Positions 43,787 to 54,302 of a DNA stretch of 64,000 nucleotides are shown here, one piece after another. A model generated the notes under the pieces. The model was not told the DNA's origin, did no database searches, and saw nothing but the letters and a program-made list of their open reading frames with translations. The translations under genes and the position numbers were made by a program. The DNA comes from Prochlorococcus sp. AG-355-B18. GTDB taxonomy: Bacteria; Cyanobacteriota; Cyanobacteriia; PCC-6307; Cyanobiaceae. Positions within the stretch are counted from its first letter, which is position 1. Every line of letters begins with the position of its first letter. The stretch is from NCBI GenBank assembly GCA_003280965.1, contig QCDI01000002.1, positions 64,001-128,000 on the forward strand, in the 5' to 3' direction.

Positions 43787-43808
43787 TTGAGGAGAAGAAT
43801 CTCCTCAA
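43787..43808 (-). other. Stem-loop in the rbcL-rbcS spacer
   Basis: TTGAGGAGA-AGAA-TCTCCTCAA, 9-bp perfect stem; a second 5-bp stem lies at 43759-43774. Confidence 0.6.
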
Positions 43809-43822
43809 TTTTGAAATCTGGT

Positions 43823-45238
43823 TTAACCTTGAACGTCTAGTTTGTCGACGGTATCAAATTCAAACTTAATTTCCTTCCAAGTTTCAAGAGCGATAGCTAA
43901 TTCAGGACTGTGTTTAGCAGCTTCCATAAGAATGTCTCTACTCTCTTTTTCGATTTCGCGACCAGCATTACGTGCTTTTACGCAAGCTTCTAAAGCAACT
44001 CTGTTGGCTGCAGCTCCAGCAGCTGAACCCCATGGATGACCATGTGTTCCTCCACCAAACTGAAGACAAGAATCATCTCCAAAAATCGCTAGGAGTGCAG
44101 GCATATGCCATACGTGAATACCACCTGATGCGACAGCAAATACTCCTGGCATTGAACCCCAATCTTGATCAAAGAAGTTACCTCTTGATCTATCTTCGGG
44201 AACAAATGACTCTCTTAAGTTGTCAATGTAACCAAGAGTTGTTTGACGATCACCTTCTAGTTTTCCAACAACAGTTCCAGTATGTAGTTGATCGCCTCCG
44301 GAGAGTCTCAAACATTTTGCTAGAACCCTGAAATGGATACCGTGTTTTGGATGTCTATCAATAACAGCATGCATCGCTCTATGAATATGTAGAAGCATGC
44401 CATTTTTACGACACCAGTTTGCTAATCCAGTATTTGCAGTGAAACCGCCAGTTATATAATCATGCATGATGATTGGCATATCTAGCTCTTTTGCAAATTC
44501 AGCTCTTTCGTAAAGTTCTTCAGGAGTGTTGGCAGTACAGTTTAGGTAGTGACCCTTAACTTCGCCAGTTTCCTGCTGAGCAAGCTTAACTGCTTCTGCA
44601 ACAAACTCAAATCTTTCTCTCCAACGTTGGAATGGCTGAGAGTTTATATTCTCGTCATCCTTCGTTAAATCGAGACCACCTCTAAGGCACTCATATACAA
44701 CTCGACCATAGTTTTTACCAGATAATCCTAATTTAGGTTTAATGGTACAACCAAGTAAAGGTCTTCCATATTTGTTTAAACGATCTCTTTCAACTACGAT
44801 TCCATTTGGTGGACCACCGCAAGTTTTGATGAAAGCGATTGGGAATCTAATATCTTCTAGACGTAAGTGTCTTAGAGCTTTAAATCCAAAAACGTTTCCT
44901 ACAAGAGATGTTAGTACGTTTGTAATAGAACCTTCTTCAAAAAGATCTAAAGGATATGCAATAAAAGCATAAAAAGCTTCAGGGTCTCCAGGAACGTCTT
45001 CGATTCGATAACAACGTCCTTTATAAAATTCTAAATCTGTAAGTAACTCGGACCAAACCGTTGACCAAGTACCTGTTGAAGATTCAGCGGCAACAGCTGC
45101 TGCAACTTCTTCTCTGGGAACACCTTCCTGACCTGTACATTTGAAACAGGCTAGTAAATCGGTGTCTAGGGGTACATATTCTGGAGTCCAGTAGGTATCT
45201 CTGTACTCCTTTACCCCTGCGTCATACTTCTTACTCAT
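43823..45238 (-). CDS. rbcL: Rubisco large subunit (form IA)
   Basis: [11 protein letters not shown] catalytic motif, [17 protein letters not shown]. Confidence 0.99.
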
Positions 45239-45278
45239 AAGGATAAATTTAGGTCTGTGTAGGGAAAATAATTATTGT

Positions 45279-45298
45279 GCAAAATTTATAAATTTTGC
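45279..45298. other. Perfect 20-bp palindrome in the csoS1-rbcL spacer
   Basis: GCAAAATTTATAAATTTTGC, 8 bp downstream of the csoS1 stop. Confidence 0.6.
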
Positions 45299-45306
45299 TT
45301 TATTTA

Positions 45307-45618
45307 TTAGTCCTTTTGACCAAGAAATTCACCATTACCAAGAGCTGGTTCAACTTCTCTATGAGGACGAGCAATAATGTGAGCTGCAACTAGACCGTCA
45401 CCAACTCTTTCACAAGCATCAGCACCAGCTCTTACAGCTGCGTTAACTGCTCCTGTTTCTCCTCTAACTAATACTGTGACATAACCGCCACCTACGAATT
45501 CACGACCAATAAGGCGAACTTCTGCTGCCTTTGTCATTGCGTCAGCTGCTTCGATTGCAGGTACAAGTCCGCGTGTCTCGATCATGCCGAGAGCGATACC
45601 CATTGTTTCTGTAGCCAT
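45307..45618 (-). CDS. csoS1: Major carboxysome shell hexamer CsoS1 (BMC-H)
   Basis: GIALGMIETRGLVPAIEAADAMTKAAEV...HIIARPH. Confidence 0.98.
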   Translation of the reverse strand: MATETMGIALGMIETRGLVPAIEAADAMTKAAEVRLIGREFVGGGYVTVLVRGETGAVNAAVRAGADACERVGDGLVAAHIIARPHREVEPALGNGEFLGQKD

Positions 45619-45655
45619 TGTCTACTAATTACTAAATGTGGAATGTTCAATTCGA

Positions 45656-45685
45656 AGAATGCTTCATTAAGTACTTATAAGTCAA
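45656..45685 (-). promoter_or_regulatory. Putative sigma-70 promoter of the csoS1-rbcLS operon
   Basis: Minus strand TTGACT (45685-45680), 18-nt spacer, CATTCT (45661-45656); implies a TSS near 45650. Confidence 0.5.
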
Positions 45686-45840
45686 GCGTTTTCGATAAAA
45701 TCTCCATTAATGTTTTTTCTATCATTCATAAGTTAAACTTATCACCCTTGGTACTATTGATATGTCAATACTTATGCAAATTAGTTAGTGCATCAAAACA
45801 TACTGTTGTGTTAAGAAAAAATTTACATTATGTTATTTCT

Positions 45841-45900
45841 GTACGAGGCAGGCCCTGTCTACACAGGTGTGGAATGTTCAACCTTTCCTGTCTCCGTATC
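45841..45900 (+). ncRNA. Candidate structured sRNA (or ham1 leader) complementary to the csoS1 5' UTR
   Basis: 53% GC (32/60) in an AT-rich spacer; closing stem with G-U pairs on the + strand; inner hairpin CCTGT-CTAC-ACAGG; TATGTT -10-like box at 45829-45834; shares TGTCTAC and TGTGGAATGTTCAA with 45619-45650. Confidence 0.5.
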
Positions 45901-45945
45901 TAGCTTTGAAGTAAGATAATAACCTCAATAAATTTATTTATTATT

Positions 45946-46530
45946 TTGAACCATCCAGTCCTTACTATTGCGAGTGGCAACAAAACTAAAGTTTCTGAAA
46001 TTTCTGCAATGCTGGATGTTTTGTCTTTAAGGGTTCAGAAGCAACCAGAATATTTAAATGTTGAAGAGACTGGAGACACATATTTTGAGAATGCACTTTT
46101 AAAAGCAAAAGCAGCTGCTTTAGAGACAAAAACCTGGGCATTAGCTGACGATTCTGGACTTGAAGTAGATGTTTTAGATGGTCGACCTGGCATATATTCT
46201 GCTCGATATGCCAAAAACAACTCTGAAAAAATTAAAAAATTAATTAATGAACTTTCTGATAGTCCTTACAGGAGCGCGAGATTTATAAGTTGTATGGTTT
46301 TATGTGATCCCTCAGGAAACTTAGTGAAGGATTCAACTGGAATATGCTGGGGAGAAATTCTTAAGACTCCAAAATATCCAAATGGGGAGTTCGAATCTGT
46401 TTTTTGGGTAAAAGAAGCTAACTGTGTTTACGGTGAGCTATCACAATCACAACTAAGTAAGTTAGGAAGCAGGGGTAAAGCCGCCAGAATTATGTCACCT
46501 TACCTCAAAAAAGAAATTGGTTTAAATTAA
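45946..46530 (+). CDS. Ham1/RdgB-family non-canonical purine NTP pyrophosphatase-like protein
   Basis: ASGNKTK, EETGDTYFENALLKA, ADDSGLEV, PGIYSARY; C-terminal motifs are divergent. Confidence 0.85.
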   Translation: MNHPVLTIASGNKTKVSEISAMLDVLSLRVQKQPEYLNVEETGDTYFENALLKAKAAALETKTWALADDSGLEVDVLDGRPGIYSARYAKNNSEKIKKLINELSDSPYRSARFISCMVLCDPSGNLVKDSTGICWGEILKTPKYPNGEFESVFWVKEANCVYGELSQSQLSKLGSRGKAARIMSPYLKKEIGLN

Positions 46531-46537
46531 AAAATTC

Positions 46538-47308
46538 TCAATAATTTGAAATTACATCAATTGCTCTTATAGCAGCAGCAGCTGCTTCTTCTACATCTCC
46601 TTCTTTCCCAGCGAGAGTTAATCTACCAAAAGCTCCAACTGCTTTTACATCTACAACAGTTATATTTGATGCTTTTTCTGCTTCATTTGCTGCTTTTAAG
46701 ACATACCCAGCTGGTTCAGTTTCTAATATAAACATGCTCATTCCAGATTGAATCATTGATCCACTTCTGTTTTGTCTATTTATTAAAACAGCATGGTCTG
46801 GAGTAATAGCTCGAATAACTTCTGTCCAACTTGTTGAAGGTTTGGTTCTTTTTCTAACTTCACTTCCAATAGCATCTAGAACAACATCCCCAGAATGTAA
46901 AACAGTACTTTGATCTTTGTGATAAAGAGCAAGAGAGCCAAATGCTCTTTCAACAATCATCTGACCAAGTCTTACATTACTTGCTTTTAAGGCAATATCA
47001 GTGACTCTATGAACGGCCATCCCTGGTGAAACTTCCATCCATAGGCATGAATCTCCAGGTATAGGTAAAAAACCCCTACTAACCGTCCCCATATATGCAG
47101 CTAATTGAGGTTGAAGAGAATCTAAAAAAACATATGTTCTCAACTCAATTTGCTCAACTTGACTTGCTTGTCTGGACACCAAAGACTTTTCTGAATCAGT
47201 TGTAATAAAACAGCTTGCACCACTGGCCTGAGATTGCACCTCAGATCCCGTGACTAGGGAACTTCCTTTTTTTCGTTCCCCTCTGTTTAAACTAGAAGTT
47301 GGTTCCAT
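46538..47308 (-). CDS. csoS1D: Tandem-BMC shell protein CsoS1D
   Basis: [37 protein letters not shown]; adjacent to the cso operon. Confidence 0.93.
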   Translation of the reverse strand: MEPTSSLNRGERKKGSSLVTGSEVQSQASGASCFITTDSEKSLVSRQASQVEQIELRTYVFLDSLQPQLAAYMGTVSRGFLPIPGDSCLWMEVSPGMAVHRVTDIALKASNVRLGQMIVERAFGSLALYHKDQSTVLHSGDVVLDAIGSEVRKRTKPSTSWTEVIRAITPDHAVLINRQNRSGSMIQSGMSMFILETEPAGYVLKAANEAEKASNITVVDVKAVGAFGRLTLAGKEGDVEEAAAAAIRAIDVISNY

Positions 47309-47405
47309 TCACGCGACTATAACGGATAATGGTTCATTTTTTCTATTAAATTTACTTGCATGCTTCCAACAAAACGATAACTTCAAGTAAAAGATATGCA
47401 TTTTT

Positions 47406-47774
47406 ATGGGAACTTCTCAAAAAAAAGAACCAAATGTTTCTGGTACTGAAAAAGAATTAACTCCTGATCAAACTCTTGGATTAGTTAGCCTTAGCTTGAT
47501 GCAAAAACTATCTCAGAAAGACCCATCTTTTAGTTGGTTAGAAGAAGATAAAATTGAAAAAGTAAATCTTAAGAACCTTAGAGATAGATTGGAGTTAACC
47601 CAATTAGCTATAAATACTGGAGCACCTTTAACCACTTCAGAAGTGACAGCTTTAATTGGTGCAAAGCCCGGTAAATCTAAGTTAGAAAGAGCAGGATTAT
47701 TAGCAACTAAAATAGCCAGAAATGTGTGGAAGCTTTCGAAAATAAGTCAAGGAAATTCCTTCTACAGAAATTAA
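47406..47774 (+). CDS. Conserved hypothetical protein
   Basis: 122-aa ORF divergent from csoS1D; C-terminal LTTSEVTALIGAKP...RNVWKL could be winged-helix-like. Confidence 0.7.
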   Translation: MGTSQKKEPNVSGTEKELTPDQTLGLVSLSLMQKLSQKDPSFSWLEEDKIEKVNLKNLRDRLELTQLAINTGAPLTTSEVTALIGAKPGKSKLERAGLLATKIARNVWKLSKISQGNSFYRN

Positions 47775-47922
47775 AATACGCCCCAAAAGTTTTTTTCATA
47801 ATTCCCATTTAAGTATTTAAACATTCATATAAGTTTTTTAAATGTGTTTATTTTGTAAAGGAACTTATTAATTACTTTCTTAAATTAAAAAGTGTATGCA
47901 AGCTTGAAATATAAGCTCTTGA

Positions 47923-49188
<1,266 letters not shown>

Positions 49189-49193
49189 AAACT

Positions 49194-50765
49194 ATGGAAT
49201 TAACTCTTTGGACGTATGAAGGACCACCACATGTTGGTGCCATGAGAATTGCCTCGTCAATGAAAGACATTCATTATGTGCTTCATGCCCCCCAAGGAGA
49301 TACATATGCAGATCTCCTCTTTACAATGATCGAGAGGAGGGGACAAAGGCCTCCAGTAACCTATACAACTTTTCAGGCTAGAGACCTTGGAGGCGATACA
49401 GCTGAATTAGTGAAGAAAAATATTAAGGAAGCGGTTGAACGATTCAAACCCAAAACTCTTTTAGTCGGAGAAAGTTGTACAGCAGAACTTATCCAAGACC
49501 AACCTGGAGCTCTCGCGAAAGGGATGGGGTTTGACATACCGATTGTGAATCTTGAATTACCTGCCTATAGCAAGAAAGAGAATTGGGGGGGCTCAGAAAC
49601 CTTTTATCAATTAATAAGAACTCTTTTAAAAGAAAAAGTAAGCTATTCAGAGAAAATAAGTCCTCTAAGGTGGAAGGAATATGGGCGTAGACCAAAAGTC
49701 AATATACTTGGTCCTTCATTACTAGGGTTTAGATGCAGAGATGATGTAATCGAAATCCAACGCATACTTTCAGAGCAAGGAATAGATACAAACGTAGTTG
49801 CTCCATTAGGTGCTAGTCCAGATGATATTGGAAGACTAATTGATGCTGAAATAAATATTTGTCTTTATCCAGAAATTGCGGAAGCATCGTGCGAATGGCT
49901 TAAACGGAACTTTGGAATGAAATATACAAACACTATTCCAATTGGAATAAAAAATACAATCGAATTTATAAATGAAGTTCATAAGAAATTAGATCTTCCT
50001 TTGACGAATAAAAAAGAATTAGAAAATAAATCAAAACTTCCTTGGTACTCAAAATCAGTTGACTCAAACTATCTAACTGGCAAAAGAGTTTTTATTTTTG
50101 GTGATGGAACACATGCAATTGCAGCGGCCAAAATTGCTAAGGAGGAATTGGGTTTTGAAGTAGTTGGTCTTGGAACGTACAGCCGGGAGATGGCGAAGCA
50201 AGTAAGAGCTACTGCAAAAAATATAAATATAGAAGCTTTAATTACTAACAATTATCTAGAAGTAGAAGATGCCATGAAAAAAGCCGCCCCTGAATTAGTT
50301 TTAGGAACCCAAATGGAAAGGCATAGTGCAAAAAGACTCGGCATTCCATGTTCAGTAATTAGTACTCCAATGCATGTTCAAGATGTTCCTGCAAGATATA
50401 GTCCACAGATGGGATGGGAAGGGGCAAATGTAATTTTTGATGACTGGGTACATCCCCTAATGATGGGCTTAGAAGAGCATCTTATTGATATGTTCAAACA
50501 TGATTTTGAGTTTGTTGACGGTCATCAAAGCCATTTAGGACATACAGCGACAAAAACAAAGGATTTTATAAAGTCTGACGAGAAAAAAGAAAAAAATAGT
50601 ATGGAGGGAATTATTTGGACTGAATCTGGTAGAGCTGAATTAACAAAAGTTCCTTTTTTTGTAAGAGGTAAAGTCAAAACTAATACCGAAAAATACGCAA
50701 TCTTGAGAGGAATTCCAGAAATAAGCGATGAAACTCTTTACGACGCGAAAGCATATTTCAGCTAA
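49194..50765 (+). CDS. chlB: Dark-operative protochlorophyllide reductase subunit B
   Basis: [19 protein letters not shown], and a C-terminal PCP_red domain (VPFFVRGKV). Confidence 0.97.
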   Translation: MELTLWTYEGPPHVGAMRIASSMKDIHYVLHAPQGDTYADLLFTMIERRGQRPPVTYTTFQARDLGGDTAELVKKNIKEAVERFKPKTLLVGESCTAELIQDQPGALAKGMGFDIPIVNLELPAYSKKENWGGSETFYQLIRTLLKEKVSYSEKISPLRWKEYGRRPKVNILGPSLLGFRCRDDVIEIQRILSEQGIDTNVVAPLGASPDDIGRLIDAEINICLYPEIAEASCEWLKRNFGMKYTNTIPIGIKNTIEFINEVHKKLDLPLTNKKELENKSKLPWYSKSVDSNYLTGKRVFIFGDGTHAIAAAKIAKEELGFEVVGLGTYSREMAKQVRATAKNINIEALITNNYLEVEDAMKKAAPELVLGTQMERHSAKRLGIPCSVISTPMHVQDVPARYSPQMGWEGANVIFDDWVHPLMMGLEEHLIDMFKHDFEFVDGHQSHLGHTATKTKDFIKSDEKKEKNSMEGIIWTESGRAELTKVPFFVRGKVKTNTEKYAILRGIPEISDETLYDAKAYFS

Positions 50766-50954
50766 TTTGTACTAATGATTTATAACAAAGTCATGAGTAT
50801 TTTCACTCATAATCTAATAGATTTAATCCTAAAAATTCAGTTATAAGAACATATTTCCGGCTTTTAATACAATTAAATACATATTTGTTTAGAAACATAT
50901 TCCATGTGTATTTACACTGCAAGAATATAAATAATAATGTGTTTAAAGCTTTAA

Positions 50955-51842
<888 letters not shown>

Positions 51843-51848
51843 TCTAAA

Positions 51849-52859
51849 TTAATCTAATCCAACCAATTTGCTTGTTAAATCATAAGTTTGTTGAGAGGTC
51901 TTCTTATCAATTATTCTTTTTGACAACTTTTGAGAAAAAGCTTTTCTACCAGTTTTTTGACGATTTCCCCAGCTCCAATGGACTGATGGTTTAGCAAATT
52001 CTTTATAAGTTGCCACTTGAGCGACCCTCTCTCCTGCCAGTCTTTGTGAAACATATCCTTTTGTTATAAATTTTTGAAATATCGGGAAAAGAAATCTAAA
52101 TAACCAAGGTGTATCTCTAAAAAGTTTTGTATCAGCAACACATCCAGGATATAGAGAATTTACAATAATCTTCTCTGCAGGATATCTTTTTGATAATTCC
52201 TGAACGGTAACCATATTACAAAGTTTACTATCCTTATAAGCCTTACCAGGTTTAAATTTCTTTCCATTCGCCATACTTATTGGAGATAAAAAACCATTTT
52301 TGAATCCAGATAAATCTCCCAAATCAGCTGGGGCAGGGATGGGGATCCTTCCTCCAAGTTCTGAATAATTAGCCGTAACAGTCCCTAATACTGTAATTCT
52401 TGGCTTAAATAAAGTTGATTTGCCATTTAAAACAATTTCTCTTTCAGAAGATAAAATATTTTTCACAAGTAGGTTTATCATAAGAAAATGCCCAAAATGA
52501 TTTACTGCCATAGAGTTTTCAAACCCTTGTGCAGACCTTTCAGGTCTCTTTAGTCTCGGTTTATAAACTGCTGCATTACAAATAAGAGAATTTATCGGCT
52601 TTTTAAATCTTTCTAATATTTCATCGCAACCTTTTCTCACATCATCCAAATTAGAAAGATCTATTTCTATAAAGTGAACATTTTCAACTTCCTCTTTTGT
52701 CAAGGATTCCTCAGCTACTTTTATAGCTCTTTTATTTGATCGATTAACTGCTATAACCTCCCATCCAAATCTTAATAGAGGTTTTAGAGTATTTAATCCA
52801 ACTCCTGAAGTTGTTCCTGTTATTAGGACTAAACCCTTAATGTTCTTACTCACTAGCAA
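51849..52859 (-). CDS. por: Light-dependent NADPH:protochlorophyllide oxidoreductase
   Basis: ITGTTSGVG, CNAAVY, NHFGHFL, AYKDSKLCN catalytic YxxxK, LYPGCVADT. Confidence 0.93.
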   Translation of the reverse strand: MLVSKNIKGLVLITGTTSGVGLNTLKPLLRFGWEVIAVNRSNKRAIKVAEESLTKEEVENVHFIEIDLSNLDDVRKGCDEILERFKKPINSLICNAAVYKPRLKRPERSAQGFENSMAVNHFGHFLMINLLVKNILSSEREIVLNGKSTLFKPRITVLGTVTANYSELGGRIPIPAPADLGDLSGFKNGFLSPISMANGKKFKPGKAYKDSKLCNMVTVQELSKRYPAEKIIVNSLYPGCVADTKLFRDTPWLFRFLFPIFQKFITKGYVSQRLAGERVAQVATYKEFAKPSVHWSWGNRQKTGRKAFSQKLSKRIIDKKTSQQTYDLTSKLVGLD

Positions 52860-52907
52860 AAAAGTTAATTGAAAAATGAAAAGTAGAATGATTCAAAACC
52901 ATCCTTA

Positions 52908-53255
52908 TCAACGCCATATTACTCTGATAATGTCCCTAGAAATTATTTGATCCTGATCCTTCATAAATCTTTGCTCACCTTCAGAAGAAAATAAATTATC
53001 AAACTCATCTGTTAAAACGATAAATCTATAATTTTCGTATAAAAATGAGTCTTCAATTTCCCTTAATCTGGTCAACCTTACTTTAGAACTATAGCCAAGT
53101 TTAATCAGGCTTATTATTGCTAAAAGGGAAAAGCTAATTTTTATAATTAAAAAAATTGTTGATACAAAATTATCCTGTTTCTGTTGTCTTTTTATAAATC
53201 CAGACCCTAAAGATTTTTTGTGGAAAATACTATTTTTATAAAAAGATTTTGACAA
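52908..53255 (-). CDS. Single-TM coiled-coil protein, slr1601-like (putative FtsL/DivIC-like)
   Basis: One TM helix, then an amphipathic helix RLTRLREIE...DEFDNLF and a C-terminal beta strand IIRVIW; downstream of psaM. Confidence 0.55.
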   Translation of the reverse strand: MSKSFYKNSIFHKKSLGSGFIKRQQKQDNFVSTIFLIIKISFSLLAIISLIKLGYSSKVRLTRLREIEDSFLYENYRFIVLTDEFDNLFSSEGEQRFMKDQDQIISRDIIRVIWR

Positions 53256-53340
53256 AGTAAGTACTTGATATTTTTACTGAATAAAATAATTCAGTCTTAC
53301 TTTATTATTACCTTATAAATTTTAAATTTTCTAATAGACT

Positions 53341-53445
53341 TTAGTTCCTACCTAAACTAATTCCTAGTCTTAAGGCTAAAACTCCTGCATGCATAACAAC
53401 TATGAGGCTTAATGCAATAAGATTTATTGTTTGAGTTGGCTCCAT
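53341..53445 (-). CDS. psaM: Photosystem I subunit XII (PsaM); missing from the ORF track
   Basis: Manual translation [34 protein letters not shown] (34 aa) with the PsaM-type AGVLALRLG motif. Confidence 0.93.
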   Translation of the reverse strand: MEPTQTINLIALSLIVVMHAGVLALRLGISLGRN

Positions 53446-53546
53446 GGAAAAAAATTTATTTCCTATATTCTCCACCGAAAAGAGAAGATTTGAAACACTA
53501 TTACAAAATGATGTTACGTAATTAACAAATTGAAAGAAAAAATTTA

Positions 53547-54302
53547 TTGAAAATTATCATAAATAAACCTACAAAGTTAATTTTGGGAATTGAAAATCAG
53601 GCTTTAATTTTTTCAACAAATAATTTACCTGGATTTGATCAAATGGCTTTAGATTTAAATTCTTTAGATCAGACAATTTCGAATCCTGAAATAATTCTCA
53701 CATTGAGGTTCTACTATTGGACTGGGGATTGGCTTTCAATTGGCTATCACCAAAAGGAAATTCCTCTTCATTGGAAAAATTTATTATCAAACGGGGAAAT
53801 TAATATTGTTAGACGTCCCTCTGGAGGGGGTGCTGTTCTGCATTCAGGAGGCATAACATATTCATTAACATTTAAAAAAACTTACTATAAAGTCTTAAGT
53901 TATGAAATGGTTAATAATTGGTTAATTAAAAGTTTTAGAGAATTAGGTCTAAACTTACAATATGGTAATTTACGAAAATCAAGCATTAAAACAAATTGTT
54001 TTGGGACTTCATTAATTTCTGATTTAGTTGATCAGGATGGGTTTAAAAGGATAGGAAGTGCGCAATATCGTAGAAAAGGTGCATTCCTTCAACATGGAGA
54101 GATTCAAACAAATCCTTCACAAGACTTATGGTTCAAATTATTTAAAGAAGAAGCTCCACCAAAAATAAATCTAGGCCTCACAAATGATGAAATAGTTCAA
54201 CATTTAAGAAATTCATTCCTAGAGAATAAATCAAATATAAAGTTCAAAAATATTGCCATAGACAATAATATATTAAAAAATTTTCGTGACACGAATTCTT
54301 AA
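53547..54302 (+). CDS. Lipoate-protein ligase A / octanoyltransferase family
   Basis: [42 protein letters not shown]. Confidence 0.9.
   Translation: MKIIINKPTKLILGIENQALIFSTNNLPGFDQMALDLNSLDQTISNPEIILTLRFYYWTGDWLSIGYHQKEIPLHWKNLLSNGEINIVRRPSGGGAVLHSGGITYSLTFKKTYYKVLSYEMVNNWLIKSFRELGLNLQYGNLRKSSIKTNCFGTSLISDLVDQDGFKRIGSAQYRRKGAFLQHGEIQTNPSQDLWFKLFKEEAPPKINLGLTNDEIVQHLRNSFLENKSNIKFKNIAIDNNILKNFRDTNS

Noticed and set aside
41043..44972. Several alternative-frame or antisense ORFs inside csoS2 and rbcL (and similar ones inside ndhD, tamB, glgB, petE, clpB, chlB, accA, aar and rps1b)
   Set aside because: They overlap well-supported genes and lack motifs; expected shadow ORFs.
45643..45903. 86-aa ORF on the + strand in the csoS1-ham1 spacer
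   Set aside because: No recognisable motif; it overlaps the csoS1 promoter and the structured RNA candidate. The spacer is better explained as regulatory.
52908..52930. C-terminal RVIWR reminiscent of the Trp-containing tail of McdB carboxysome-positioning proteins
   Set aside because: The protein has a TM helix, no McdA/ParA gene is in the window, and the match is only a few residues.
53491..53530. TTACA-like words upstream of psaM as an RpaB HLR1 site
   Set aside because: The spacing does not fit the 8+2+8 direct-repeat geometry.
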